Of a stretch of DNA of 61,226 nucleotides, positions 36,090 to 46,056 are shown in pieces. The notes beneath the pieces were generated by a model. The model did not search any database. It had not been told where the DNA came from and saw only the letters and a list, made by a program, of their open reading frames with translations. The translations under genes and the position numbers were made by a program. Numbering within the stretch: the first letter of the stretch is position 1; each line of letters begins with the position of its first letter. Origin of the DNA: Acutalibacteraceae bacterium (GTDB taxonomy: Bacteria; Bacillota; Clostridia; Oscillospirales; Acutalibacteraceae); contig JAZNXY010000091.1 of NCBI GenBank assembly GCA_045594105.1, positions 1-61,226 on the forward strand, read 5' to 3'.

Positions 36090-36410
36090 ATGGATGTTCA
36101 GTTGAAGCGAGGTCTTTTAGACGTTTGTGTGTTAGCGGCGATTAAAACACAAGATTCCTACGGATATAAAATCATTAAGGATATGAAGCCGTATATGGAG
36201 CTGTCGGAATCCACTTTATATACCATTCTGAAACGACTGGAAACTACCCAAATGCTTACGGTGTATACGGTGGAGCACGGCGGCAGATTGCGGAAATATT
36301 ATCGCATTACCGAAGCCGGCAGGCAGCGTATAGGGGCGTTTCGGGAAGAATGGAAGGAAATGCTGTGTATATATCAATTTGTAACGCGAGGGGATGAGAA
36401 GGATGACTAA
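36090..36410 (+). CDS. PadR family transcriptional regulator
   Basis: Winged-helix PadR signature (LDVCVLAAIKTQDSYGYKIIKDM...STLYTILKRLE...RKYYRITEAG). Confidence 0.9.
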   Translation: MDVQLKRGLLDVCVLAAIKTQDSYGYKIIKDMKPYMELSESTLYTILKRLETTQMLTVYTVEHGGRLRKYYRITEAGRQRIGAFREEWKEMLCIYQFVTRGDEKDD

Positions 36411-37002
36411 ACTGCAATTTCTGTTGGATTTACATAACAGACTGTCGGGGTTACCGCAGGATGAGGTTGAGGAACGCCTCAATTTTTACAGTGAAATGAT
36501 AGAGGACCGTATGGAAGAAGGTCTTTTGGAAGAGCAGGCGGTCGCAGCGATCGGGTCGGTGGATGACATTGCGGAACAGATTATTGCCGAAACACCGTTT
36601 TCCAGAATTGCCAAAGAAAAAATCAAACGCAAGCGGCGATTAAAAACATGGGAAATCGTGTTATTGGCGATAGGATCGCCGATATGGGTATCTCTGCTGC
36701 TTGCCGCAGCAGCGGTTGTTTTTTCATTGTATATCGTGCTTTGGTCGGTGATTGTGTCTTTATGGGCTGTGTTTGTGGCTTTTGTGGGCAGTGCTTTTGG
36801 CACCGTAGTCGGCGGAACAATCCTTGCCATCACGCAAAACGTCTGTAGCGGTCTTGCTCTTGTTGCCGCAGGGCTTGTATGTGCCGGTTTTGCTATTTTC
36901 CTGCTGTTTGCTTGCAAGGTGGCGGTAAAAGCTGCTGTTTTGCTCACGAAAAAGACTGTTTTTATACTGAAAGATATATGCATCGGAAAGGAGAGGGCGT
37001 GA
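36403..37002 (+). CDS. DUF1700 (HAAS) domain-containing membrane protein
   Basis: MTKLQFLLDLHNRLSGLPQDEVEERLNFYSEMIEDRMEEG is a typical DUF1700 N-terminus and is followed by TM helices. The start overlaps the padR stop (ATGACTAA). Confidence 0.8.
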   Translation: MTKLQFLLDLHNRLSGLPQDEVEERLNFYSEMIEDRMEEGLLEEQAVAAIGSVDDIAEQIIAETPFSRIAKEKIKRKRRLKTWEIVLLAIGSPIWVSLLLAAAAVVFSLYIVLWSVIVSLWAVFVAFVGSAFGTVVGGTILAITQNVCSGLALVAAGLVCAGFAIFLLFACKVAVKAAVLLTKKTVFILKDICIGKERA

Positions 37003-37967
37003 TGAAACGACAAACGAAGATATGGCTTATTCTCGCCGCTTCCTTTTTGGCGGTTGGTTGTATTATGTTTGGGTGTGTCATGTCGGCACTGCAATGGGAT
37101 TTCAGACAGTTGTCGACAACACAGTTTGAAACAAATGTCTACAGTGTTACAGAGCCGTACACCAACGTGTCGATTGTGGGGGATACCGCTGACATTGTGT
37201 TCCTGCCGAGTGACGACAATACCACCAAGGTGGTGTGTTATGAAGAGCAAGGTTTACGACATACCGTATCTGTGCAGGACGATAGGTTGGTTGTGCAGTT
37301 TGTCAACACCGAGAAATGGTATGAACATATCGGTATCAACTTTGAAAGCCCGAAAATCACGGTGTATATGCCAAAAGGCGCTTATGGTGCACTGACGATT
37401 AAAACCGATACGGGTGATGTGACAATACCCAAGGCATTTACCTTTGAAAGCATGGACATACAAGGTAGTACGGGTGATGTCACCAATGAAGCATCCGTTT
37501 CCCATAACATCAAAGTTTGGGTTAGTACGGGAGCTATCCGTATGGAAAAAGTGACGGCAGAGGCCTTGGACCTTGCCGTTTCTACCGGCAAGGTGACCAC
37601 CACCGATGTTACTTGTACCGGTGATGTTGCGGTAAGCGTCAGCACGGGCAAGACCGTGTTAACCAATGTGAGTTGTGCGAGCTTTCTGTCGAGCGGGAAT
37701 ACGGGTGATATATCCTTGTATAATGTAATTGCCGCAAATAAGCTTTCTATCGCAAGAACCACCGGTGACGTGACCTTTGAGCGATGCGATGCCGCAGAGC
37801 TTGTGGTAACAACCGACACGGGGGACGTGAGGGGAAGCTTGCTGACCGATAAGGTGTTTATGGCTCATAGTGATACCGGTCGTGTGACCGTTCCTGAAAC
37901 TACAAGTGGTGGCAGATGTAAAATCACCACCGACACGGGAAGCATTGACATACATCTGACAGAATAA
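37002..37967 (+). CDS. DUF4097 family beta-strand-repeat protein (LiaG-like putative adhesin), N-terminally membrane anchored
   Basis: ORF 36879-37967 trimmed to ATG 37002 (MKRQTKIWLILAASFLAVGC), which overlaps the DUF1700 stop. TGDV/STG(D/K)V beta-repeats recur. Confidence 0.8.
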   Translation: MKRQTKIWLILAASFLAVGCIMFGCVMSALQWDFRQLSTTQFETNVYSVTEPYTNVSIVGDTADIVFLPSDDNTTKVVCYEEQGLRHTVSVQDDRLVVQFVNTEKWYEHIGINFESPKITVYMPKGAYGALTIKTDTGDVTIPKAFTFESMDIQGSTGDVTNEASVSHNIKVWVSTGAIRMEKVTAEALDLAVSTGKVTTTDVTCTGDVAVSVSTGKTVLTNVSCASFLSSGNTGDISLYNVIAANKLSIARTTGDVTFERCDAAELVVTTDTGDVRGSLLTDKVFMAHSDTGRVTVPETTSGGRCKITTDTGSIDIHLTE

Positions 37968-38024
37968 CTGGACTTTCGACAGGGTGTGTGGTATACTGTA
38001 GAAAATGTTTTTGAGGGTGACACA

Positions 38025-38666
38025 ATGACCAAATTGCTGTTAGTGCGGCACGGAGAAAGCGAAGCAAATCTGAAAGACGTGTTTGCAGGATATTATGATA
38101 TTGACCTTACTGCACGTGGCAGGGAGCAGGCGGCGTGTACTGCGGCTTTTTTGAAAGAGCAGTATACGGTAGATGCGATTTACAGCAGTGACCTCCGCCG
38201 TGCGTATCAGACGGCAAAGCCGATTGCGGATATATTTGGGTTGCCCATTATCCCTAAAAAAGAAATGCGGGAAATCTTTGCGGGAGACTGGGAGGGTGTT
38301 TCCTTCGCCAGCTTGAAAAACACCCACGCAGAAGCATTTCATATCTGGATCACCGATTTGGGCAATGCTACCTGCCCGAACGGCGAATCGACAGTACAAA
38401 TGGCAGAACGGATTTTGCATGCGGTAACCTGCATTGCAAAGGAAAATGACGGAAAGACGGTGGTGATTACCACCCATGCTACGCCAATACGTGCTTTGCA
38501 ATGTCTCTTTTCGGGCAAGCCCTTGTGTGCTATGCAGCAGGTGTCGTGGGTCAGCAATGCTTCGGTCACCGAGGTGGATTATGAAAACGGTGTATTTACC
38601 CTGGTAAACACAGGACAAGACGCACATTTGGCAGAGCTGCGTACCACTTTGCCGAACGACGTATAA
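38025..38666 (+). CDS. histidine phosphatase family protein (phosphoglycerate mutase-like / cobC-like)
   Basis: ORF trimmed to ATG 38025. Contains the RHG catalytic motif (LLLVRHGESEANL) and a downstream TTHATPIRAL (His) motif. Confidence 0.85.
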   Translation: MTKLLLVRHGESEANLKDVFAGYYDIDLTARGREQAACTAAFLKEQYTVDAIYSSDLRRAYQTAKPIADIFGLPIIPKKEMREIFAGDWEGVSFASLKNTHAEAFHIWITDLGNATCPNGESTVQMAERILHAVTCIAKENDGKTVVITTHATPIRALQCLFSGKPLCAMQQVSWVSNASVTEVDYENGVFTLVNTGQDAHLAELRTTLPNDV

Positions 38667-38667
38667 C

Positions 38668-38697
38668 AAAAAAGCACTCCATTCGGAGTGCTTTTTT
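38668..38697. terminator. bidirectional terminator between convergent genes
   Basis: AAGCACTCC - ATTC - GGAGTGCTT, flanked by A6 and T6 runs. Confidence 0.85.
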
Positions 38698-40208
38698 CAT
38701 TCCTCATCTTGTTTTTGTGCCGCTTTGGCAGTTTCAGAAAGACGACCGTACAAAGCAGTGTTTTCGTATACGATGCCTGCCAGCCAATCGTTGACACAAC
38801 CGACACCGATACGCCATTGCCAGTTGCCGCCGAGGGTCGAGGGCGTATTGATACGGCCCTCGCTGCCCAGTCCTAAAATATCGGGCATCATCAAAATGCA
38901 GATGTCCGCCACCGACATCATAGCTGTGCGCATCATCGCCCAGTTAAAGCCCTCGTTATCGTCTACGTGCATATACTGCCGTGCCATTTTAACATCAGAT
39001 TTCCCTGCCGTTTTTGTCCAGCCGAGGATGGTATTGTTATCGTGGGTGCCGGTGTACACCACGCAATGTCCCGTGAAATTATGGGGAAGATAGCCGCTTT
39101 CGTTTTCCGCATCAAAGGCAAATTGGAACACCTTCATACCGGGAAAACCGCTCTTTTTGAGCAGTCGTTTGACGGCAGGGGTAAGAAAACCGAGGTCCTC
39201 TGCAATAATGGGAAGGTTGTCGCCGAGCTCTGCTTTCAGTGCGTCGAACAGCTTCATGCCGGGTCCTTTTATCCATTTGCCCTTGCGTGCGGTGGTTTGA
39301 CCATAGGGAATGGAGAAGAAGGACTCAAAGCCACGGAAGTGGTCGATACGCACCATGTCGTACGTTTCGAGGGCGTGTGCCACACGCCGTTTCCACCAGG
39401 CGTAGTTATCTGCTGCCATGGCCTTCCAATCGTATAAGGGGTTACCCCATAGCTGCCCGTCTTTGGAAAATGCATCCGGAGGCACGCCTGCAACCGCTGT
39501 CGGCTTTTGGTCGGTATCCAACAAAAATTGCGTAGGATTGGACCACACATCAGCACTGTCGTATGCCACGTAAATCGGGATATCACCGATGATTTTGATG
39601 CCGTTTTGATTGGCATACGCCTTCAGGTTGTGCCATTGCTCGTAAAACTTGAATTGTACGAATTGATAAAAGCGGATAGTGTCTTTGTATTGTTCCCTGG
39701 CGGCTTGGATGGCTTCTGCTTCGCCCGTGCGTAACGGTGCGTACCAGTTTTCCCAGCTGTGATCGTCGTGTGCGTGCTTGAGTGCCATAAACAGTGTATA
39801 GCTGTCGAGCCAACCGCTGTTTTTCTCACAAAAAGCCGCAAAATCCGCATTTTCCTTGAATCGTGAAAACGCAATTTTTAATAACGGTATGCGGTTTTTA
39901 TATAGCTTTTCATAATCGATCTCATCCGCATTGTTGCCAAAATCAAAGCTGTCCGCTTCCTCTTTGGTGAGCAGGGCTTCTTCAATCAGCAGGCCCGGGT
40001 CGATAAAGTAAGGGTTGCCGGCATAAGCGGAGAAGGATTGGTAAGGAGAGTCACCGTAATTGGTCGGATTCAAAGGCAGAATCTGCCAGTAGGTTTGTCC
40101 CGCTTTACACAGAAAATCCACAAATTGGAATGCCTCTTTCCCGAAGGTGCCGATGCCGTAAGGGGAAGAGAGGGAAAATATCGGCATTAAGATACCACAA
40201 GTTCTCAT
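38697..40208 (-). CDS. malQ: 4-alpha-glucanotransferase (amylomaltase, GH77)
   Basis: ORF 38697-40250 trimmed to ATG 40208 (MRTCGILMPIFSLSSPYGIGTFG). GH77 motifs are present throughout (DHFRGF, IIAEDLG, TGTHDN). Confidence 0.92.
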   Translation of the reverse strand: MRTCGILMPIFSLSSPYGIGTFGKEAFQFVDFLCKAGQTYWQILPLNPTNYGDSPYQSFSAYAGNPYFIDPGLLIEEALLTKEEADSFDFGNNADEIDYEKLYKNRIPLLKIAFSRFKENADFAAFCEKNSGWLDSYTLFMALKHAHDDHSWENWYAPLRTGEAEAIQAAREQYKDTIRFYQFVQFKFYEQWHNLKAYANQNGIKIIGDIPIYVAYDSADVWSNPTQFLLDTDQKPTAVAGVPPDAFSKDGQLWGNPLYDWKAMAADNYAWWKRRVAHALETYDMVRIDHFRGFESFFSIPYGQTTARKGKWIKGPGMKLFDALKAELGDNLPIIAEDLGFLTPAVKRLLKKSGFPGMKVFQFAFDAENESGYLPHNFTGHCVVYTGTHDNNTILGWTKTAGKSDVKMARQYMHVDDNEGFNWAMMRTAMMSVADICILMMPDILGLGSEGRINTPSTLGGNWQWRIGVGCVNDWLAGIVYENTALYGRLSETAKAAQKQDEE

Positions 40209-40260
40209 ACAGTCGTTCCTTTTGTCAGAATTAAAATTAGTATATAACAAAAATAAGCAT

Positions 40261-40935
40261 TTATTCTACGGGGATGGGTGTCAGCACCCCTTCACGTAAC
40301 AGACGCATATAGGTTGCAATATCCGTAATCGGTTCATCGGAAAATACACCTGTGCGTGCTACATCTTCGGGACGGTGTGTATCCGAACCCGCAGTGATTG
40401 GCAGATGATAGATTTCAGCGATCAGCATTGCCGCTTGTGTATGCAGCGGATTATAATGCCGTGGGTGGGCATTGAGCACCTCTAATCCGTCAACGTTGTG
40501 CGGATCGGGTGTGCACCGTGCACCACGGAACGGATGTGCCTGCACCAACATAAGGCCGTGTTCATTTAACAGCTTGTGCAGGTCGGGCAACGCAATATCA
40601 GCAAGCTCCGGATGTGCCAGGAAGAAGTCGGGCCCTGCACCGACGGCTAAATAGTGGTTGGGGTTGCCCGGGAAGCCAAACTCCGGAGAAGGCAGGATAT
40701 GCATATTGTAAGACGGTGCTGCCTCCAATGCGGCATAATACCCCATGAAAAAACAGCGGACAGTATCCTCCCAGGTCGGCTGTTGTAATCGTTCGACCAC
40801 GTCGACGCCAAAATGGTCAGCAATCATCATGGTGGTGTACCCTGCCTCTGCGTGCAAGCGCACAAGCTCCGCCGCAGGGATCTTGCCGCAAGGGCTGCCC
40901 TCGTCGGTATGTAAATGCGGTTCGGTTTTGTACAT
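40261..40935 (-). CDS. PHP domain-containing phosphoesterase
   Basis: N-terminal HLHT metal motif (EPHLHTDEGSPCG) with later His/Asp motifs (GSDTHRP). Start set to ATG 40935; a GTG at 40947 is possible. Confidence 0.75.
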   Translation of the reverse strand: MYKTEPHLHTDEGSPCGKIPAAELVRLHAEAGYTTMMIADHFGVDVVERLQQPTWEDTVRCFFMGYYAALEAAPSYNMHILPSPEFGFPGNPNHYLAVGAGPDFFLAHPELADIALPDLHKLLNEHGLMLVQAHPFRGARCTPDPHNVDGLEVLNAHPRHYNPLHTQAAMLIAEIYHLPITAGSDTHRPEDVARTGVFSDEPITDIATYMRLLREGVLTPIPVE

Positions 40936-40973
40936 GGATGTATGCACCTCTTTGTGTGTAAACTTAATATGCT

Positions 40974-41888
40974 TTACGGGAGAATATTGCCTGCCGCTTT
41001 GTAGATTTCATACCATTCTTCGCGTGAAAGGGTGATATCTGCCGCTTTTAAGCTATCTTGCAGGCGGGTAAGGTTGGTGGTGCCTGTGATCGGCTGCATC
41101 TTGGCAGGGTGCCGCAGCAGCCACGCAATAGCCATAGTGGTTTTACTGACATGGTGTGTGTCGGCGATACGCTGCAGAACGATATTCAGTGTTGGAAACT
41201 TGTCGTTGTCCACAAAGCAGCCCTCAAAGAAACCGAACTGCATAGGAGACCATGGCTGTATAGTGATATCATGCAGGCGGCAGAAATCCAACACACTGCC
41301 ATCACGGTTGACGGCGGCATCGTTGTACATATTGACATTGATGCCCGCATCGATCATAGGGGTGTGCATAATGCTGAGCTGTAGCTGATTGGCACAAAGC
41401 GGCATATCCAGATGCTTTTGCAACAGCTGTATCTGATACGGATTTTGGTTGGAGACACCGAAATGCAGCACCTTACCTGTGGCTTTCAGGTGATCGAAGG
41501 CACGGGCGACCTCCTCGGGCTCTACCAGTGCGTCGGGGCGATGGAGCAATAACACGTCTACGTAGTCGGTGTTAAGGCGTCTGAGACTGCCTTCCACCGA
41601 TTGCACGATGTGGTCGTAGGAAAAATCGAAGGATACGCCGGGTACAATGCCGCATTTTGTCTGAATAATCAGCCGGTCTCGTGGAATGCCGACAATAGCT
41701 TTGCCGAACGCTTCTTCGCTCGCACCTTTTCCGTAAATATCCGCATGGTCAAAGAAGTTGGCACCGTTCTCAAGAGCCGTATGTACAAAAGCAGATACCT
41801 GCTTGTCGGTCAATCGGTCAATACGCATACACCCGACCGCTATTGTAGGGACTTGCAGGCCACTTTTGCCGAAAGGAATTGTATACAT
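40974..41888 (-). CDS. aldo/keto reductase family oxidoreductase
   Basis: ORF 40974-42059 trimmed to ATG 41888 (AAAGGAGG RBS; MYTIPFGKSGLQVPTIAVGCMRI). AKR motifs are present (FFDHADIYG, LLHRPD, FGVSNQ). Confidence 0.88.
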   Translation of the reverse strand: MYTIPFGKSGLQVPTIAVGCMRIDRLTDKQVSAFVHTALENGANFFDHADIYGKGASEEAFGKAIVGIPRDRLIIQTKCGIVPGVSFDFSYDHIVQSVEGSLRRLNTDYVDVLLLHRPDALVEPEEVARAFDHLKATGKVLHFGVSNQNPYQIQLLQKHLDMPLCANQLQLSIMHTPMIDAGINVNMYNDAAVNRDGSVLDFCRLHDITIQPWSPMQFGFFEGCFVDNDKFPTLNIVLQRIADTHHVSKTTMAIAWLLRHPAKMQPITGTTNLTRLQDSLKAADITLSREEWYEIYKAAGNILP

Positions 41889-42025
41889 ACCCTTGCCTCC
41901 TTTACAATATGCATAGTATACCATAAAACAACCGCTCTGACAACCAAAAATCAATATTCGAAAAAGATTTACATTTTGTGTGTTGTCTGTTATACTGTAT
42001 GTATCAAAACAAAAAAGGAGTTTAT

Positions 42026-43246
42026 ATGAAAAAGGTATTTTCGTTTTACACCAAAACACCGCTCATTTTACGCATTGCGGTAGGTTTGGCAATCGGTATT
42101 CTGTTGGGTCTGTTTGTGCCGCAGGCGGCGTTTGTTGCCGTTTTGGGCAATATTTTTGTCGGTGCACTGAAGGCGATTGCACCGATCCTGGTATTTGTGT
42201 TGGTTATTTCGTCCCTCGCGAGTGCCGGAAAAGGTATCGGCGGCAAATTTAAAACCGTTATTTTCCTGTATATGTTCAGCACCTTTTTGGCGGCGGTGGT
42301 TGCCGTTGTAGGCAGCTTTCTGTTTAAGGTAACCATTCCGTTGAGCGTAACGGTAGAGCAGACGGCACCCACGGGCTTGGGCGAGGTGTTTAACACATTG
42401 CTTACCAACATGGTAACCAACCCCGTCACAGCCATTATGAACGGCAACTACACCGGTATTCTCACCTGGGCTGTGGTTTTGGGCCTTGCTCTGCGTGCTG
42501 CGGGGGGCACCACCAAAGCGGTATTGAATGACCTTTCCGCAGGCGTTTCCAAAGCGGTGGCATGGGTGATTCAATTGGCACCGTTTGGCATTATGGGTCT
42601 TGTGTATTCATCGGTGGGTGAGTACGGTCTTGAAATCTTTACCGATTACGGCAAGGTGCTGTTGCTGTTGGTTGGCTGTATGCTTGCGGTTGCGTTGATT
42701 GTGGATCCGCTTGTGGTAGCGATCACCTTGAAGAAAAATCCCTATCCGCTGGTATTCAAATGCTTCAAGGAATCGGGTATAACGGCCTTTTTCACCAGAA
42801 GCTCCGCCGCAAATATCCCTGTCAATATGAAGCTGTGCGAGAAACTGGGTCTTAATAAGGAATATTATTCGGTGGCCATTCCGCTTGGTGCGACCATCAA
42901 TATGGATGGTGCCGCTATTACCATTACGGTGCTGTCCCTGTCTGCCGCTTTTTCGCAGGGCATCAATGTCAACATTGTTCTGGCGATTTTGCTGAGCTTT
43001 GTGGCTACTTTGGGTGCTTGCGGTGCTTCGGGTGTTGCAGGCGGCTCGCTGCTGTTGATTCCGATGGCGTGTTCCTTGCTCGGCGTCGGCCAAGACGTCG
43101 CAATGCAGGTGGTGGCGGTGGGCTTCATCATCGGTGTTGTTCAGGATTCCCTCGAAACTGCGATCAACTCTTCCGGTGACGTCATCTTCTGTGCTACTGC
43201 AGAATACCGTGACCGTATGAAAAAAGGCGAAAGAATAGATTTGTAA
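42026..43246 (+). CDS. sstT: serine/threonine transporter SstT (DAACS family sodium symporter)
   Basis: ORF trimmed to ATG 42026 (AAAGGAG RBS). SstT-like sequence (FTRSSAANIPVNM, GATINMDGAA). Confidence 0.85.
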   Translation: MKKVFSFYTKTPLILRIAVGLAIGILLGLFVPQAAFVAVLGNIFVGALKAIAPILVFVLVISSLASAGKGIGGKFKTVIFLYMFSTFLAAVVAVVGSFLFKVTIPLSVTVEQTAPTGLGEVFNTLLTNMVTNPVTAIMNGNYTGILTWAVVLGLALRAAGGTTKAVLNDLSAGVSKAVAWVIQLAPFGIMGLVYSSVGEYGLEIFTDYGKVLLLLVGCMLAVALIVDPLVVAITLKKNPYPLVFKCFKESGITAFFTRSSAANIPVNMKLCEKLGLNKEYYSVAIPLGATINMDGAAITITVLSLSAAFSQGINVNIVLAILLSFVATLGACGASGVAGGSLLLIPMACSLLGVGQDVAMQVVAVGFIIGVVQDSLETAINSSGDVIFCATAEYRDRMKKGERIDL

Positions 43247-43254
43247 AAAAGTGT

Positions 43255-43285
43255 AGCCACCCGTAAAAACGGGTGGCTGTCTTTT
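43255..43285 (+). terminator. intrinsic terminator
   Basis: AGCCACCCG - TAAAAA - CGGGTGGCT, followed by GTCTTTT. Confidence 0.7.
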
Positions 43286-43296
43286 GGGAGAAACGT

Positions 43297-44526
43297 ATGG
43301 ATACTGCAAAAATCAAACGAGTACAATATGCCTGTTACAGCGCAAATACCACAATGGCGGTGGTGGGAAATCTGTCACCTGTCCTGTTTCTGACCTTCCG
43401 TTCGCTGTATGATATCTCGTTTTCTCTGTTGGGATTGTTGGTACTGACAAACTTTGTCACACAATTGAGTGTGGACCTTGTGTTTTCTTTCTTTTCCCAT
43501 AAATTCAATATTGCGAAAACCGTCAAATGTATTCCTGTCATCTCGCTGGCAGGGTTTTTGCTGTATGCGTTGGTTCCCGTACTGTTGCCGCAATATGCAT
43601 ATATCGGTTTGCTGTGCGGTACGGTGGTTTTCTCTGCGGCTACAGGGTTTGCGGAGGTGCTGATAAGTCCCGTGATTGCCGCGTTGCCTGCTAAAGATCC
43701 CGAACGTGAGATGAGCAAATTGCATGCGGTGTACGCATGGGGGACAGTAGGGGTTATTGCGGTCAGCACGGTGTTTTTACTGTTGTTCGGCGGCGAAAAC
43801 TGGTTCATACTGGCACTATTGTTTATGTTGGTACCGCTTGCATCGCTGCTGTTGTTTGCGGGTGCTCAAATTCCTGCGATGCAGACACCTGAACGGGTGT
43901 CGGGTGCTTTGCATTTACTGAAAAACAAAGGTGTTTGGTTATGTGTAGCGGCGATTTTTGCCGGCGGCGCCGCTGAATGTACTATGGCACAATGGTGCTC
44001 AGGATACTTGGAACAAGCACTTCGTATCCCGAAAATCTGGGGTGACCTTGGTGGCGTGGCGTTGTTTGCGGTGATGATGGGTCTTGGCAGAACGCTGTAT
44101 GCCAAAAAGGGCAAGCACATCGAGCGGATATTATTGTTGGGTATGTGCGGTGCGACACTGTGTTATTTGGTGACAGCACTCACAACGATACCGCTGATTG
44201 GTTTGTTTGCGTGTGCCTTTACGGGTCTTTGCGCATCTATGCTGTGGCCGGGCAGCTTGGTGGTCGCATCCGATCGTTTTCCGCAGAGTGGCGTATTTAT
44301 TTATGCGATTATGGCTGCGGGCGGTGATTTTGGTGCGGCGGTAGGTCCTCAACTGGTCGGTGTAGTGGCAGATACGGTGATAGCGTCCTCCGTTATGCAA
44401 AAGCTGGCTGTTACGTGTTCGCTTTCGCCCGAACAACTGGGCATGAAGCTCGGCCTTTTGTGCGGTATGCTGTTCCCGCTGTTGGGTATTTTTATCGTAT
44501 GGCGGTTGCGAAAAATAAAATCATAA
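43297..44526 (+). CDS. MFS transporter
   Basis: 12-TM-type hydrophobic profile. Start trimmed to ATG 43297. The substrate cannot be determined from sequence. Confidence 0.7.
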   Translation: MDTAKIKRVQYACYSANTTMAVVGNLSPVLFLTFRSLYDISFSLLGLLVLTNFVTQLSVDLVFSFFSHKFNIAKTVKCIPVISLAGFLLYALVPVLLPQYAYIGLLCGTVVFSAATGFAEVLISPVIAALPAKDPEREMSKLHAVYAWGTVGVIAVSTVFLLLFGGENWFILALLFMLVPLASLLLFAGAQIPAMQTPERVSGALHLLKNKGVWLCVAAIFAGGAAECTMAQWCSGYLEQALRIPKIWGDLGGVALFAVMMGLGRTLYAKKGKHIERILLLGMCGATLCYLVTALTTIPLIGLFACAFTGLCASMLWPGSLVVASDRFPQSGVFIYAIMAAGGDFGAAVGPQLVGVVADTVIASSVMQKLAVTCSLSPEQLGMKLGLLCGMLFPLLGIFIVWRLRKIKS

Positions 44527-44552
44527 AAATCCCCAAAACGGGGATTTTTTTA
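44525..44552 (+). terminator. intrinsic terminator
   Basis: AATCCCC - AAAAC - GGGGATT, followed by TTTTT. Confidence 0.8.
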
Positions 44553-44645
44553 TTGTGTGTAACCAAAGGATTTTCACATGTTTATTTGTTAAATATTTGT
44601 CAAAAAATGGCGGTGTTTCAAGGCGGAATGCGGAAAGATTTACAC

Positions 44646-44674
44646 TTGACATCGCTTTGTATATCGCTTAAAAT
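44646..44674 (+). promoter_or_regulatory. consensus sigma-A promoter of the rnf operon
   Basis: TTGACA (44646-44651), 17-nt spacer, TAAAAT (44669-44674). Confidence 0.6.
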
Positions 44675-44742
44675 TATAAAGATAGAGCGGTCGCATTTTG
44701 CGGCCGATTTCCTTAAAAAACAACCAAGAAAGGTGTATTACT

Positions 44743-46056
44743 ATGGCTTCTTATCTTCGAGGCATACACACCCCTCACAGAAAACACACAAAAAGAAAAC
44801 CGACGGTGCGTATGGATGCACCGCAGGTGGTAACCATTCCGATGGAAATGCACATCGGTAAGCCCGCTGTTCCCACTGTTAAGGTGGGCGATCTTGTAAA
44901 GGTCGGCACCAAAATCGGTGAGGCAGACGGCAAAATTTCCTCAAATGTGTATTCCAGTGTTTCGGGCAAGGTGACCAAGTTAGCGGATTATACGCTAGCC
45001 AGCGGAAAGATTACTACCGCTGTTGTCATTGAATCTGATGGTGAAATGGCGGTAGACGAGAGTATTGCACCCCCTGTTGTGAACAGCAGGGAGGATTTGA
45101 TACAAGCATTGAAAGACAGCGGTATCGTCGGTCTTGGCGGTGCGGGTTTCCCGACCCACGTCAAATTGGATGTAGATCCCAAAAAGTTTGAATATCTGAT
45201 TGTTAACGGTGCGGAATGTGAACCGTACGTTACCAGCGATACGGTTACCATGATGACCCGCTCGGACGATATGGCGTATGCGTTAGTGGTGCTGCATCGG
45301 TTTTTGGGTATCAAAAAAATTGTTGTCGCTATTGAAAATAACAATAAAAAAGCCGTGACCGTGATGCAAAATATGGCGGCGACCGAATGTGCAACCGAGA
45401 TAAAGGTGTTGCCTTCGGTGTATCCGCAGGGCGGCGAAAAGGTGCTCGTATATCACACCACGGGTCGTAAGATTTCCGCTAACGGTCTGCCTATCGACGT
45501 TGGTTGTGTGGTAATTAACTGTACCACGCTGGCCTCTATCGGTGCATATTTGAAAACGGGTATGCCGCTCGTAGAAAAATGCGTGTCGGTAGACGGTGGT
45601 ACGGTAACCAACCGTCAAAACGTCATTGCCCCGATCGGTACTTCGTTACAGGCACTGTTTGATTTTTGCGGCGGTCTTAAAGCCGAGCCGGCAAAAATCA
45701 TTTACGGTGGCCCTATGATGGGTATTACGGTGCCGAACGCCAATGCTTCGGTGCTGAAAAACACCAATGCTGTGCTGGCGTTGACCGCAAAAGAGGCATG
45801 GCTGCCCAAAACCACTGCATGTATTCGTTGTGGCGGATGTGTGAATACCTGCCCCTTTGGTCTGGCGCCTATCAGCATTGCGGAAGCATACGGCAAAAAA
45901 GACGTGGAAGCGTTAAAAGCATTGTCGGTAGAAACCTGTATGGAATGCGGTTGCTGCAGCTTTGTATGTCCTGCAAATCGACCGTTGGTACAGATGAATA
46001 AGCTCGGAAAACAGCTTCTGAGAGAGGAACGTAAAAAGGAGGCGGAAAACGCATGA
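44743..46056 (+). CDS. rnfC: electron transport complex subunit RnfC
   Basis: ORF trimmed to ATG 44743. Contains GIVGLGGAGFPTHVKL and two 4Fe-4S motifs (CIRCGGCVNTCP, CMECGCCSFVCP). Confidence 0.92.
   Translation: MASYLRGIHTPHRKHTKRKPTVRMDAPQVVTIPMEMHIGKPAVPTVKVGDLVKVGTKIGEADGKISSNVYSSVSGKVTKLADYTLASGKITTAVVIESDGEMAVDESIAPPVVNSREDLIQALKDSGIVGLGGAGFPTHVKLDVDPKKFEYLIVNGAECEPYVTSDTVTMMTRSDDMAYALVVLHRFLGIKKIVVAIENNNKKAVTVMQNMAATECATEIKVLPSVYPQGGEKVLVYHTTGRKISANGLPIDVGCVVINCTTLASIGAYLKTGMPLVEKCVSVDGGTVTNRQNVIAPIGTSLQALFDFCGGLKAEPAKIIYGGPMMGITVPNANASVLKNTNAVLALTAKEAWLPKTTACIRCGGCVNTCPFGLAPISIAEAYGKKDVEALKALSVETCMECGCCSFVCPANRPLVQMNKLGKQLLREERKKEAENA

Noticed and set aside
34350-38700. Whether the region downstream of tRNA-Pro is an intact prophage, ICE or genomic island.
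   Set aside because: No integrase, recombinase, phage structural genes or conjugation genes are present. I found no third copy of the 24-nt att-like repeat in the intergenic regions I scanned to the right. Only a scar plus possibly acquired cargo can be claimed.
41889-42059. N-terminal extension of 57 aa on the aldo/keto reductase ORF, and the 16-aa extension on sstT (41978).
   Set aside because: The two extensions overlap each other in the divergent promoter region. The internal ATGs at 41888 and 42026 have AAAGGAGG and AAAGGAG RBSs and give canonical N-termini.
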